A DNA stretch of 64,000 nucleotides from positions 7,329,870 to 7,393,869 of the forward strand of contig NC_090294.1 of the NCBI RefSeq assembly GCF_037392515.1, written 5' to 3'. The DNA is from Haliotis asinina (Eukaryota). Positions 1-14,832 of the stretch are shown here, piece by piece (position 1 is the first letter of the stretch; the number at the start of each line of letters is the position of its first letter). The notes below the pieces were generated by a model. It ran no database searches and was not told the DNA's origin. It saw only the letters and a program-made list of their open reading frames with translations. The position numbers and the translations under genes are program-made.

Positions 1-2112
1 AGACATTATGACATATCTGCCTGAGACGAAATTACGAAAGACGGGAAAACTGACACAACGCACGAGCACAGGATCGGCACACAGCAGCAATGTCACTGTT
101 ACAAGGGGTTGCTATATACACATGTATGTGTAATACTGCAGTCTGTCCACGTGATGACCGCCTGCTTAATAGACTGATGAAATCTCCCAATAGCATGACA
201 TTCTCTCCGAATGTTAACATTATCACCACACTTAAACTAAAAACTACAATAACGTCATTTCCCAGAAGGTATATGCATATACTAGTGCCTTTTCACAAAG
301 GGATTGTAACTATCAATTGTCACAGCACGTATTTATCGCTTACAAACTAAGCATGGTTGTCTTCTGAAAACACGATAAGGTTTCCCTCATGAACTACAGC
401 ATGTTCCCTCGTATTTGTAGACTTTCCTTTGCATGTGTTTCTGATTGCTGTAGCAGAGGGTTAGCATACACGTCCCTCCTTCGCCAGCACGTTGTGTCAT
501 CCCTATTTGATAGCAAGTCATGCACACATCCCTAGGATATAACACAACCGTACAGTGGACTCTGCCTGTAGTGCCAATTCCTGACAGTTACACAAAGGAT
601 TGGGTCGCTTTACTTGACAGCTATTTTCTTTCAAGCAACTCTCCATTTCTTAATATCACCTTTCTGAGGAAGCAGAATTCACTTATCATAAAGGCAACAA
701 TAGTACTGAAACATATACTGGTTACTAAGCAAGACACCAGGTGCTAGCCAACAATTTCTAGTTGTAAATATTTGTTAGATGTTTCACGACCTTTCCATTC
801 GGTCTTCCTTGTTCCAAACTGAAGGAATATTGTCTTTGGATAATTGGATAATGTCTCAACAAATGCTACAATGCAGTGTATATTTGCATGGCTACAGCAA
901 GTTTTAATCACTGTTGCAAGTGATTCACTTCAATAAGTTTTGGGCTTCAAGCGAATGTTTGAAAACAAACAGCAGTAGGAAGAAGAAGTAGAAAACTCGA
1001 CTTTATCCTTCACACAAGCCCTTTACATGATGAAAACAGTCTTCAGTGTGTTCACAGATAATGTTACCCTTGCGTTCAAATCAATCAAGAACTTTATTAC
1101 ATGTCTACCATATCCGATCGGAAACACCCAATTACCGTCTGATTTGATAAATATATACGTTTTGATAGAGATAAATACGTCTCCTGTTAATGAGAGCAGC
1201 GGAATACAAACGGTTATTATATATCATGAAATCTGGAAGCAAACTTCCCCAGTAGTGTACAAAATGCTTGATATTTTCATCAAGTGTTATCGACTATTGA
1301 TAGCATGGTAAATACAACTTTAGTAGTATGTAGTAACTTATGATTCTAGGCTTTTCGTTATGTTTATATGATAAATAAACCGACGGAATGTGCTACAGTA
1401 ACTTCTGATTGTAGACCTTTTCACTTGGAACGGGATACTCACTTGCATTCGAATCGCATACTGTGCACAATGGCTACTACTAAAGATTTCATGCACATGA
1501 AGATGCACACATGACTCAACTCCGAGTATTTTCGGATTTCACAATGACATCACCGAAGCCCTTCGTGGCAGCACAAATGATATATTTGCATGAGACATGG
1601 AACCGAATAAGAGATGGCATGTAGGAAATATATGTGAAGCCTTCAATACCCCTATCATATTCAGTCTCATTTCTCCAGGAAATTCGAAGCACATTTTATA
1701 ACTTGCCGCCAGTGCTTGCAGCAAAACTGATTACCAGTTAAATATTTGGATGTAGTGGAACGTTTTGTAAACGTTGAATTTAGTTTTATGATTTTCAAAC
1801 AAAGCACAAATCGTTTGTATTTTAATTTTTATTGAACCAGTTGTATTGTCATGAGTATACAAAATAAGGAGTAATAAGTTCTCTTCACACTGCAGGTGAC
1901 AGTAACTCAGTAATAGCCGATTCCTGAAACAGAAAGGGTAGTTACATGTAAAATAGGGATTTACGGAAAAGTAACATGGAAATGTTGAAACTATCCCAAG
2001 CATTTCAAACAGCTGACGACAGTTTGAAAGATGTTTATCAGCTGAAAATATCGTATTTGCGTAGAATAATAATAAAGACATGTGTACATGATGTTATTCA
2101 ATAAAGTGAAGT

Positions 2113-2442
2113 TTAAAATGGGATAAGGAGTGAAATTATGTATCGCGAAATACCTTTTCCTAATCCGATTCCATATCCTGGCATTCCGTAGAAACCACCG
2201 TAGCCTCCATACAGACTTCCCAGGCCGTATCCGTATTTGCCTCCATACAGACCGCCCATTCCTCCGTACGGGCCATAGCCGTAGCCTCCGTAAAAACCTC
2301 CGTGCATTGCACCTATTCCGTAGCCTAATACGCCAGCTCCTCCAAACAACCCACCCATTCCATGTGCTCCATACAGACCGGTTGGTTCAGCGAAGGCGGT
2401 AACAGCCAAGCAGACAACAAGGACGGCGACAATCTTCATCAT
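2113..2442 (-). CDS. Secreted Gly/Tyr-rich low-complexity protein (GGY/GYG repeat; shematrin/NLP-like class), array copy 1. Protein: MMKIVAVLVVCLAVTAFA|EPTGLYGAHGMGGLFGGAGVLGYGIGAMHGGFYGGYGYGPYGGMGGLYGGKYGYGLGSLYGGYGGFYGMPGYGIGLGKGISRYIISLLIPF
   Basis: ORF 2113..2556(-). The likely true start is ATGATG at 2442-2437 (minus), giving an N-terminal hydrophobic signal peptide with an A-F-A|E cleavage-like site. The mature part is about 40% Gly and about 17% Tyr with no Cys. The stop is TAA at 2115-2113. A possible 5'UTR acceptor ttactgaacag lies 9 nt upstream of the ATG. A possible alternative donor GKG|gtatttcg lies near the 3' end, so the C-terminus is uncertain. Confidence 0.7.
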   Translation of the reverse strand: MMKIVAVLVVCLAVTAFAEPTGLYGAHGMGGLFGGAGVLGYGIGAMHGGFYGGYGYGPYGGMGGLYGGKYGYGLGSLYGGYGGFYGMPGYGIGLGKGISRYIISLLIPF

Positions 2443-5292
2443 TTTGAGTATCTGTTCAGTAACATGAAAATCATCTTCATGACAGGGAAACAACATGTTA
2501 TCATTACTCGTCTGGAGATTTTTCTCCACGGCACACGTGATCAATGATATTATCATGTTTTATTTCACAAGCAACCACATATTTCCACACTGACAAGAAC
2601 GGTAAATAGCACTTACACAGTCACAGTTTACTGAATTGGATCAATGTAAAAGTTGAGAAAGTAGAGGTGTGCAGCAAAAGAATGAAAACGTCAGACTGCA
2701 CATGCTTACCACAGGCAAACCTTGAAATGGTACTTACAATTTGGTCTGAAGACGTAACTGTGTCCTAGCAGTTGATGAAGAAAGAGATGATAGAATATTT
2801 TTCCCCTTACCTTTATATATACAATTTGTGAACTACATGTGATTGATTTACCTTAGGTTGGCCACTTCCAGGTAAGCAACACACCTAAATGTTAATGATG
2901 TGAACTGACCATTCTTTTCGCCTCAAATGACTTGCCTCAGGTTATCACCCTAAGGCTATACATGTGTGCTGGTGTACTTGAACATTCATAAAGGAAGTAG
3001 AGGGTGGTATATAATAGGGTGTAGGTCTCTCTTCGTATATCTTTTTCATCTCTCTTTGGCATGTTTTAACTGCATTTAGAAAACAAATAACTTGCAGGTA
3101 CTCAACTTTGAACCAGTATTAGGCCAATAGTCGTTTAACAGCTGTCTATCCATTACACTTGGGATGGAGCAATGTAGATCAGACATTATGACATATCTGC
3201 CTGAGACGAAATTACGAAAGACGGGAAAACTGACACAACGCACGAGCACAGGATCGGCACACAGCAGCAATGTCACTGTTACAAGGGGTTGCTATATACA
3301 CATGTATGTGTAATACTGCAGTCTGTCCACGTGATGACCGCCTGCTTAATAGACTGATGAAATCTCCCAATAGCATGACATTCTCTCCGAATGTTAACAT
3401 TATCACCACACTTAAACTAAAAACTACAATAACGTCATTTCCCAGAAGGTATATGCATATACTAGTGCCTTTTCACAAAGGGATTGTAACTATCAATTGT
3501 CACAGCACGTATTTATCGCTTACAAACTAAGCATGGTTGTCTTCGGAAAACACGATAAGGTTTCCCTCATGAACTACAGCATGTTCCCTCGTATTTGTAG
3601 ACTTTCCTTTGCATGTGTTTCTGATTGCTGTAGCAGAGGGTTAGCATACACGTCCCTCCTTCGCCAGCACGTTGTGTCATCCCTATTTGATAGCAAGTCA
3701 TGCACACATCCCTAGGATATAACACAACCGTACAGTGGACTCTGCCTGTAGTGCCAATTCCTGACAGTTACACAAAGGATTGGGTCGCTTTACTTGACAG
3801 CTATTTTCTTTCAAGCAACTCTCCATTTCTTAATATCACCTTTCTGAGGAAGCAGAATTCACTTATCATAAAGGCAACAATAGTACTGAAACATATACTG
3901 GTTACTAAGTAAGACACCAGGTGCTAGCCAACAATTTCTAGTTGTAAATATTTGTTAGATGTTTCACGACCTTTCCATTCGGTCTTCCTTGTTCCAAACT
4001 GAAGGAAAATTGTCTTTGGATAATTGGATAATGTCTCAACAAATGCTACAATGCAGTGTATATTTGCATGGCTACAGCAAGTTTTAATCACTGTTGCAAG
4101 TGATTCACTTCAATAAGTTTTGGGCTTCAAGCGAATGTTTGAAAACAAACAGCAGTAGGAAGAAGAAGTAGAAAACTCGACTTTATCCTTCACACAAGCC
4201 CTTTGCATGATGAAAACAGTCTTCAGTGTGTTCACAGATAATGTTACCCTTGCGTTCAAATCAATCAAGAACTTTATTACATGTCTACCATATCCGATCG
4301 GAAACACCCAATTACCGTCTGATTTGATAAATATATACGTTTTGATAGAGATAAATACGTCTCCTGTTAATGAGAGCAGCGGAATACAAACGGTTATTAT
4401 ATATCATGAAATCTGGAAGCAAACTTCCCCAGTAGTGTACAAAATGCTTGATATTTTCATCAAGTGTTATCGACTATTGATAGCATGGTAAATACAACTT
4501 TAGTAGTATGTAGTAACTTATGATTCTAGGCTTTTCGTTATGTTTATATGATAAATAAACCGACGGAATGTGCTACAGTAACTTCTGATTGTAGACCTTT
4601 TCACTTGGAACGGGATACTCACTTGCATTCGAATCGCATACTGTGCACAATGGCTACTACTAAAGATTTCATGCACATGAAGATGCACACATGACTCAAC
4701 TCCGAGTATTTTCGGATTTCACAATGACATCACCGAAGCCCTTCGTGGCAGCACAAATGATATATTTGCATGAGAGATGGAACCGAATAAGAGATGGCAT
4801 GTAGGAAATATATGTGAAGCCTTCAATACCCCTATCATATTCAGTCTCATTTCTCCAGGAAATTCGAAGCACATTTTATAACTTGCCGCCAGTGCTTGCA
4901 GCAAAACTGATTACCAGTTAAATATTTGGATGTAGTGGAACGTTTTGTAAACGTTGAATTTAGTTTTATGATTTTCAAACAAAGCACAAATCGTTTGTAT
5001 TTTAATTTTTATTGAACCAGTTGTATTGTCATGAGTATACAAAATAAGGAGTAATAAGTTCTCTTCACACTGCAGGTGACAGTAACTCAGTAATAGCCGA
5101 TTCCTGAAACAGAAAGGGTAGTTACATGTAAAATAGGGATTTACGGAAAAGTAACATGGAAATGTTGAAACTATCCCAAGCATTTCAAACAGCTGACGAC
5201 AGTTTGAAAGATGTTTATCAGCTGAAAATATCGTATTTGCGTAGAATAATAATAAAGACATGTGTACATGATGTTATTCAATAAAGTGAAGT

Positions 5293-5622
5293 TTAAAATG
5301 GGATAAGGAGTGAAATTATGTATCGCGAAATACCTTTTCCTAATCCGATTCCATATCCTGGCATTCCGTAGAAACCACCGTAGCCTCCATACAGACTTCC
5401 CAGGCCGTATCCGTATTTGCCTCCATACAGACCGCCCATTCCTCCGTACGGGCCATAGCCGTAGCCTCCGTAAAAACCTCCGTGCATTGCACCTATTCCG
5501 TAGCCTAATACGCCAGCTCCTCCAAACAACCCACCCATTCCATGTGCTCCATACAGACCGGTTGGTTCAGCGAAGGCGGTAACAGCCAAGCAGACAACAA
5601 GGACGGCGACAATCTTCATCAT
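5293..5622 (-). CDS. Secreted Gly/Tyr-rich protein, array copy 2 (identical protein)
   Basis: ORF 5293..5736(-) has an identical translation to copy 1. Confidence 0.7.
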   Translation of the reverse strand: MMKIVAVLVVCLAVTAFAEPTGLYGAHGMGGLFGGAGVLGYGIGAMHGGFYGGYGYGPYGGMGGLYGGKYGYGLGSLYGGYGGFYGMPGYGIGLGKGISRYIISLLIPF

Positions 5623-8472
5623 TTTGAGTATCTGTTCAGTAACATGAAAATCATCTTCATGACAGGGAAACAACATGTTATCATTACTCGTCTGGAGATT
5701 TTTCTCCACGGCACACGTGATCAATGATATTATCATGTTTTATTTCACAAGCAACCACATATTTCCACACTGACAAGAACGGTAAATAGCACTTACACAG
5801 TCACAGTTTACTGAATTGGATCAATGTAAAAGTTGAGAAAGTAGAGGTGTGCAGCAAAAGAATGAAAACGTCAGACTGCACATGCTTACCACAGGCAAAC
5901 CTTGAAATGGTACTTACAATTTGGTCTGAAGACGTAACTGTGTCCTAGCAGTTGATGAAGAAAGAGATGATAGAATATTTTTCCCCTTACCTTTATATAT
6001 ACAATTTGTGAACTACATGTGATTGATTTACCTTAGGTTGGCCACTTCCAGGTAAGCAACACACCTAAATGTTAATGATGTGAACTGACCATTCTTTTCG
6101 CCTCAAATGACTTGCCTCAGGTTATCACCCTAAGGCTATACATGTGTGCTGGTGTACTTGAACATTCATAAAGGAAGTAGAGGGTGGTATATAATAGGGT
6201 GTAGGTCTCTCTTCGTATATCTTTTTCATCTCTCTTTGGCATGTTTTAACTGCATTTAGAAAACAAATAACTTGCAGGTACTCAACTTTGAACCAGTATT
6301 AGGCCAATAGTCGTTTAACAGCTGTCTATCCATTACACTTGGGATGGAGCAATGTAGATCAGACATTATGACATATCTGCCTGAGACGAAATTACGAAAG
6401 ACGGGAAAACTGACACAACGCACGAGCACAGGATCGGCACACAGCAGCAATGTCACTGTTACAAGGGGTTGCTATATACACATGTATGTGTAATACTGCA
6501 GTCTGTCCACGTGATGACCGCCTGCTTAATAGACTGATGAAATCTCCCAATAGCATGACATTCTCTCCGAATGTTAACATTATCACCACACTTAAACTAA
6601 AAACTACAATAACGTCATTTCCCAGAAGGTATATGCATATACTAGTGCCTTTTCACAAAGGGATTGTAACTATCAATTGTCACAGCACGTATTTATCGCT
6701 TACAAACTAAGCATGGTTGTCTTCGGAAAACACGATAAGGTTTCCCTCATGAACTACAGCATGTTCCCTCGTATTTGTAGACTTTCCTTTGCATGTGTTT
6801 CTGATTGCTGTAGCAGAGGGTTAGCATACACGTCCCTCCTTCGCCAGCACGTTGTGTCATCCCTATTTGATAGCAAGTCATGCACACATCCCTAGGATAT
6901 AACACAACCGTACAGTGGACTCTGCCTGTAGTGCCAATTCCTGACAGTTACACAAAGGATTGGGTCGCTTTACTTGACAGCTATTTTCTTTCAAGCAACT
7001 CTCCATTTCTTAATATCACCTTTCTGAGGAAGCAGAATTCACTTATCATAAAGGCAACAATAGTACTGAAACATATACTGGTTACTAAGTAAGACACCAG
7101 GTGCTAGCCAACAATTTCTAGTTGTAAATATTTGTTAGATGTTTCACGACCTTTCCATTCGGTCTTCCTTGTTCCAAACTGAAGGAAAATTGTCTTTGGA
7201 TAATTGGATAATGTCTCAACAAATGCTACAATGCAGTGTATATTTGCATGGCTACAGCAAGTTTTAATCACTGTTGCAAGTGATTCACTTCAATAAGTTT
7301 TGGGCTTCAAGCGAATGTTTGAAAACAAACAGCAGTAGGAAGAAGAAGTAGAAAACTCGACTTTATCCTTCACACAAGCCCTTTGCATGATGAAAACAGT
7401 CTTCAGTGTGTTCACAGATAATGTTACCCTTGCGTTCAAATCAATCAAGAACTTTATTACATGTCTACCATATCCGATCGGAAACACCCAATTACCGTCT
7501 GATTTGATAAATATATACGTTTTGATAGAGATAAATACGTCTCCTGTTAATGAGAGCAGCGGAATACAAACGGTTATTATATATCATGAAATCTGGAAGC
7601 AAACTTCCCCAGTAGTGTACAAAATGCTTGATATTTTCATCAAGTGTTATCGACTATTGATAGCATGGTAAATACAACTTTAGTAGTATGTAGTAACTTA
7701 TGATTCTAGGCTTTTCGTTATGTTTATATGATAAATAAACCGACGGAATGTGCTACAGTAACTTCTGATTGTAGACCTTTTCACTTGGAACGGGATACTC
7801 ACTTGCATTCGAATCGCATACTGTGCACAATGGCTACTACTAAAGATTTCATGCACATGAAGATGCACACATGACTCAACTCCGAGTATTTTCGGATTTC
7901 ACAATGACATCACCGAAGCCCTTCGTGGCAGCACAAATGATATATTTGCATGAGACATGGAACCGAATAAGAGATGGCATGTAGGAAATATATGTGAAGC
8001 CTTCAATACCCCTATCATATTCAGTCTCATTTCTCCAGGAAATTCGAAGCACATTTTATAACTTGCCGCCAGTGCTTGCAGCAAAACTGATTACCAGTTA
8101 AATATTTGGATGTAGTGGAACGTTTTGTAAACGTTGAATTTAGTTTTATGATTTTCAAACAAAGCACAAATCGTTTGTATTTTAATTTTTATTGAACCAG
8201 TTGTATTGTCATGAGTATACAAAATAAGGAGTAATAAGTTCTCTTCACACTGCAGGTGACAGTAACTCAGTAATAGCCGATTCCTGAAACAGAAAGGGTA
8301 GTTACATGTAAAATAGGGATTTACGGAAAAGTAACATGGAAATGTTGAAACTATCCCAAGCATTTCAAACAGCTGACGACAGTTTGAAAGATGTTTATCA
8401 GCTGAAAATATCGTATTTGCGTAGAATAATAATAAAGACATGTGTACATGATGTTATTCAATAAAGTGAAGT

Positions 8473-8802
8473 TTAAAATGGGATAAGGAGTGAAATTATG
8501 TATCGCGAAATACCTTTTCCTAATCCGATTCCATATCCTGGCATTCCGTAGAAACCACCGTAGCCTCCATACAGACTTCCCAGGCCGTATCCGTATTTGC
8601 CTCCATACAGACCGCCCATTCCTCCGTACGGGCCATAGCCGTAGCCTCCGTAAAAACCTCCGTGCATTGCACCTATTCCGTAGCCTAATACGCCAGCTCC
8701 TCCAAACAACCCACCCATTCCATGTGCTCCATACAGACCGGTTGGTTCAGCGAAGGCGGTAACAGCCAAGCAGACAACAAGGACGGCGACAATCTTCATC
8801 AT
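8473..8802 (-). CDS. Secreted Gly/Tyr-rich protein, array copy 3 (identical protein)
   Basis: ORF 8473..8916(-) has an identical translation. Confidence 0.7.
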   Translation of the reverse strand: MMKIVAVLVVCLAVTAFAEPTGLYGAHGMGGLFGGAGVLGYGIGAMHGGFYGGYGYGPYGGMGGLYGGKYGYGLGSLYGGYGGFYGMPGYGIGLGKGISRYIISLLIPF

Positions 8803-11652
8803 TTTGAGTATCTGTTCAGTAACATGAAAATCATCTTCATGACAGGGAAACAACATGTTATCATTACTCGTCTGGAGATTTTTCTCCACGGCACACGTGA
8901 TCAATGATATTATCATGTTTTATTTCACAAGCAACCACATATTTCCACACTGACAAGAACGGTAAATAGCACTTACACAGTCACAGTTTACTGAATTGGA
9001 TCAATGTAAAAGTTGAGAAAGTAGAGGTGTGCAGCAAAAGAATGAAAACGTCAGACTGCACATGCTTACCACAGGCAAACCTTGAAATGGTACTTACAAT
9101 TTGGTCTGAAGACGTAACTGTGTCCTAGCAGTTGATGAAGAAAGAGATGATAGAATATTTTTCCCCTTACCTTTATATATACAATTTGTGAACTACATGT
9201 GATTGATTTACCTTAGGTTGGCCACTTCCAGGTAAGCAACACACCTAAATGTTAATGATGTGAACTGACCATTCTTTTCGCCTCAAATGACTTGCCTCAG
9301 GTTATCACCCTAAGGCTATACATGTGTGCTGGTGTACTTGAACATTCATAAAGGAAGTAGAGGGTGGTATATAATAGGGTGTAGGTCTCTCTTCGTATAT
9401 CTTTTTCATCTCTCTTTGGCATGTTTTAACTGCATTTAGAAAACAAATAACTTGCAGGTACTCAACTTTGAACCAGTATTAGGCCAATAGTCGTTTAACA
9501 GCTGTCTATCCATTACACTTGGGATGGAGCAATGTAGATCAGACATTATGACATATCTGCCTGAGACGAAATTACGAAAGACGGGAAAACTGACACAACG
9601 CACGAGCACAGGATCGGCACACAGCAGCAATGTCACTGTTACAAGGGGTTGCTATATACACATGTATGTGTAATACTGCAGTCTGTCCACGTGATGACCG
9701 CCTGCTTAATAGACTGATGAAATCTCCCAATAGCATGACATTCTCTCCGAATGTTAACATTATCACCACACTTAAACTAAAAACTACAATAACGTCATTT
9801 CCCAGAAGGTATATGCATATACTAGTGCCTTTTCACAAAGGGATTGTAACTATCAATTGTCACAGCACGTATTTATCGCTTACAAACTAAGCATGGTTGT
9901 CTTCGGAAAACACGATAAGGTTTCCCTCATGAACTACAGCATGTTCCCTCGTATTTGTAGACTTTCCTTTGCATGTGTTTCTGATTGCTGTAGCAGAGGG
10001 TTAGCATACACGTCCCTCCTTCGCCAGCACGTTGTGTCATCCCTATTTGATAGCAAGTCATGCACACATCCCTAGGATATAACACAACCGTACAGTGGAC
10101 TCTGCCTGTAGTGCCAATTCCTGACAGTTACACAAAGGATTGGGTCGCTTTACTTGACAGCTATTTTCTTTCAAGCAACTCTCCATTTCTTAATATCACC
10201 TTTCTGAGGAAGCAGAATTCACTTATCATAAAGGCAACAATAGTACTGAAACATATACTGGTTACTAAGTAAGACACCAGGTGCTAGCCAACAATTTCTA
10301 GTTGTAAATATTTGTTAGATGTTTCACGACCTTTCCATTCGGTCTTCCTTGTTCCAAACTGAAGGAAAATTGTCTTTGGATAATTGGATAATGTCTCAAC
10401 AAATGCTACAATGCAGTGTATATTTGCATGGCTACAGCAAGTTTTAATCACTGTTGCAAGTGATTCACTTCAATAAGTTTTGGGCTTCAAGCGAATGTTT
10501 GAAAACAAACAGCAGTAGGAAGAAGAAGTAGAAAACTCGACTTTATCCTTCACACAAGCCCTTTGCATGATGAAAACAGTCTTCAGTGTGTTCACAGATA
10601 ATGTTACCCTTGCGTTCAAATCAATCAAGAACTTTATTACATGTCTACCATATCCGATCGGAAACACCCAATTACCGTCTGATTTGATAAATATATACGT
10701 TTTGATAGAGATAAATACGTCTCCTGTTAATGAGAGCAGCGGAATACAAACGGTTATTATATATCATGAAATCTGGAAGCAAACTTCCCCAGTAGTGTAC
10801 AAAATGCTTGATATTTTCATCAAGTGTTATCGACTATTGATAGCATGGTAAATACAACTTTAGTAGTATGTAGTAACTTATGATTCTAGGCTTTTCGTTA
10901 TGTTTATATGATAAATAAACCGACGGAATGTGCTACAGTAACTTCTGATTGTAGACCTTTTCACTTGGAACGGGATACTCACTTGCATTCGAATCGCATA
11001 CTGTGCACAATGGCTACTACTAAAGATTTCATGCACATGAAGATGCACACATGACTCAACTCCGAGTATTTTCGGATTTCACAATGACATCACCGAAGCC
11101 CTTCGTGGCAGCACAAATGATATATTTGCATGAGAGATGGAACCGAATAAGAGATGGCATGTAGGAAATATATGTGAAGCCTTCAATACCCCTATCATAT
11201 TCAGTCTCATTTCTCCAGGAAATTCGAAGCACATTTTATAACTTGCCGCCAGTGCTTGCAGCAAAACTGATTACCAGTTAAATATTTGGATGTAGTGGAA
11301 CGTTTTGTAAACGTTGAATTTAGTTTTATGATTTTCAAACAAAGCACAAATCGTTTGTATTTTAATTTTTATTGAACCAGTTGTATTGTCATGAGTATAC
11401 AAAATAAGGAGTAATAAGTTCTCTTCACACTGCAGGTGACAGTAACTCAGTAATAGCCGATTCCTGAAACAGAAAGGGTAGTTACATGTAAAATAGGGAT
11501 TTACGGAAAAGTAACATGGAAATGTTGAAACTATCCCAAGCATTTCAAACAGCTGACGACAGTTTGAAAGATGTTTATCAGCTGAAAATATCGTATTTGC
11601 GTAGAATAATAATAAAGACATGTGTACATGATGTTATTCAATAAAGTGAAGT

Positions 11653-11982
11653 TTAAAATGGGATAAGGAGTGAAATTATGTATCGCGAAATACCTTTTCC
11701 TAATCCGATTCCATATCCTGGCATTCCGTAGAAACCACCGTAGCCTCCATACAGACTTCCCAGGCCGTATCCGTATTTGCCTCCATACAGACCGCCCATT
11801 CCTCCGTACGGGCCATAGCCGTAGCCTCCGTAAAAACCTCCGTGCATTGCACCTATTCCGTAGCCTAATACGCCAGCTCCTCCAAACAACCCACCCATTC
11901 CATGTGCTCCATACAGACCGGTTGGTTCAGCGAAGGCGGTAACAGCCAAGCAGACAACAAGGACGGCGACAATCTTCATCAT
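11653..11982 (-). CDS. Secreted Gly/Tyr-rich protein, array copy 4 (identical protein)
   Basis: ORF 11653..12096(-) has an identical translation. Confidence 0.7.
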   Translation of the reverse strand: MMKIVAVLVVCLAVTAFAEPTGLYGAHGMGGLFGGAGVLGYGIGAMHGGFYGGYGYGPYGGMGGLYGGKYGYGLGSLYGGYGGFYGMPGYGIGLGKGISRYIISLLIPF

Positions 11983-14832
11983 TTTGAGTATCTGTTCAGT
12001 AACATGAAAATCATCTTCATGACAGGGAAACAACATGTTATCATTACTCGTCTGGAGATTTTTCTCCACGGCACACGTGATCAATGATATTATCATGTTT
12101 TATTTCACAAGCAACCACATATTTCCACACTGACAAGAACGGTAAATAGCACTTACACAGTCACAGTTTACTGAATTGGATCAATGTAAACGTTGAGAAA
12201 GTAGAGGTGTGCAGCAAAAGAATGAAAACGTCAGACTGCACATGCTTACCACAGGCAAACCTTGAAATGGTACTTACAATTTGGTCTGAAGACGTAACTG
12301 TGTCCTAGCAGTTGATGAAGAAAGAGATGATAGAATATTTTTCCCCTTACCTTTATATATACAATTTGTGAACTACATGTGATTGATTTACCTTAGGTTG
12401 GCCACTTCCAGGTAAGCAACACACCTAAATGTTAATGATGTGAACTGACCATTCTTTTCGCCTCAAATGACTTGCCTCAGGTTATCACCCTAAGGCTATA
12501 CATGTGTGCTGGTGTACTTGAACATTCATAAAGGAAGTAGAGGGTGGTATATAATAGGGTGTAGGTCTCTCTTCGTATATCTTTTTCATCTCTCTTTGGC
12601 ATGTTTTAACTGCATTTAGAAAACAAATAACTTGCAGGTACTCAACTTTGAACCAGTATTAGGCCAATAGTCGTTTAACAGCTGTCTATCCATTACACTT
12701 GGGATGGAGCAATGTAGATCAGACATTATGACATATCTGCCTGAGACGAAATTACGAAAGACGGGAAAACTGACACAACGCACGAGCACAGGATCGGCAC
12801 ACAGCAGCAATGTCACTGTTACAAGGGGTTGCTATATACACATGTATGTGTAATACTGCAGTCTGTCCACGTGATGACCGCCTGCTTAATAGACTGATGA
12901 AATCTCCCAATAGCATGACATTCTCTCCGAATGTTAACATTATCACCACACTTAAACTAAAAACTACAATAACGTCATTTCCCAGAAGGTATATGCATAT
13001 ACTAGTGCCTTTTCACAAAGGGATTGTAACTATCAATTGTCACAGCACGTATTTATCGCTTACAAACTAAGCATGGTTGTCTTCGGAAAACACGATAAGG
13101 TTTCCCTCATGAACTACAGCATGTTCCCTCGTATTTGTAGACTTTCCTTTGCATGTGTTTCTGATTGCTGTAGCAGAGGGTTAGCATACACGTCCCTCCT
13201 TCGCCAGCACGTTGTGTCATCCCTATTTGATAGCAAGTCATGCACACATCCCTAGGATATAACACAACCGTACAGTGGACTCTGCCTGTAGTGCCAATTC
13301 CTGACAGTTACACAAAGGATTGGGTCGCTTTACTTGACAGCTATTTTCTTTCAAGCAACTCTCCATTTCTTAATATCACCTTTCTGAGGAAGCAGAATTC
13401 ACTTATCATAAAGGCAACAATAGTACTGAAACATATACTGGTTACTAAGCAAGACACCAGGTGCTAGCCAACAATTTCTAGTTGTAAATATTTGTTAGAT
13501 GTTTCACGACCTTTCCATTCGGTCTTCCTTGTTCCAAACTGAAGGAATATTGTCTTTGGATAATTGGATAATGTCTCAACAAATGCTACAATGCAGTGTA
13601 TATTTGCATGGCTACAGCAAGTTTTAATCACTGTTGCAAGTGATTCACTTCAATAAGTTTTGGGCTTCAAGCGAATGTTTGAAAACAAACAGCAGTAGGA
13701 AGAAGAAGTAGAAAACTCGACTTTATCCTTCACACAAGCCCTTTGCATGATGAAAACAGTCTTCAGTGTGTTCACAGATAATGTTACCCTTGCGTTCAAA
13801 TCAATCAAGAACTTTATTACATGTCTACCATATCCGATCGGAAACACCCAATTACCGTCTGATTTGATAAATATATACGTTTTGATAGAGATAAATACGT
13901 CTCCTGTTAATGAGAGCAGCGGAATACAAACGGTTATTATATATCATGAAATCTGGAAGCAAACTTCCCCAGTAGTGTACAAAATGCTTGATATTTTCAT
14001 CAAGTGTTATCGACTATTGATAGCATGGTAAATACAACTTTAGTAGTATGTAGTAACTTATGATTCTAGGCTTTTCGTTATGTTTATATGATAAATAAAC
14101 CGACGGAATGTGCTACAGTAACTTCTGATTGTAGACCTTTTCACTTGGAACGGGATACTCACTTGCATTCGAATCGCATACTGTGCACAATGGCTACTAC
14201 TAAAGATTTCATGCACATGAAGATGCACACATGACTCAACTCCGAGTATTTTCGGATTTCACAATGACATCACCGAAGCCCTTCGTGGCAGCACAAATGA
14301 TATATTTGCATGAGAGATGGAACCGAATAAGAGATGGCATGTAGGAAATATATGTGAAGCCTTCAATACCCCTATCATATTCAGTCTCATTTCTCCAGGA
14401 AATTCGAAGCACATTTTATAACTTGCCGCCAGTGCTTGCAGCAAAACTGATTACCAGTTAAATATTTGGATGTAGTGGAACGTTTTGTAAACGTTGAATT
14501 TAGTTTTATGATTTTCAAACAAAGCACAAATCGTTTGTATTTTAATTTTTATTGAACCAGTTGTATTGTCATGAGTATACAAAATAAGGAGTAATAAGTT
14601 CTCTTCACACTGCAGGTGACAGTAACTCAGTAATAGCCGATTCCTGAAACAGAAAGGGTAGTTACATGTAAAATAGGGATTTACGGAAAAGTAACATGGA
14701 AATGTTGAAACTATCCCAAGCATTTCAAACAGCTGACGACAGTTTGAAAGATGTTTATCAGCTGAAAATATCGTATTTGCGTAGAATAATAATAAAGACA
14801 TGTGTACATGATGTTATTCAATAAAGTGAAGT

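Noticed and set aside
2130-2547. Plus-strand ORFs (90 aa and 61 aa) overlapping each Gly/Tyr gene copy
   Set aside because: Antisense shadow of a GC-rich, codon-repetitive coding region. The peptides (…RRNHRSLHTDFPGRIRICLHTDRP…) are arginine-rich nonsense.
2999-3007. Perfect TATATAAT on the plus strand as promoter of a plus-strand gene in the array unit
   Set aside because: No convincing plus-strand coding ORF follows (ORF 3270..3530 is Cys-scattered low-quality). The motif is palindromic enough to serve the minus-strand Gly/Tyr gene instead, so orientation is unresolved and it is kept only as a note within that finding.
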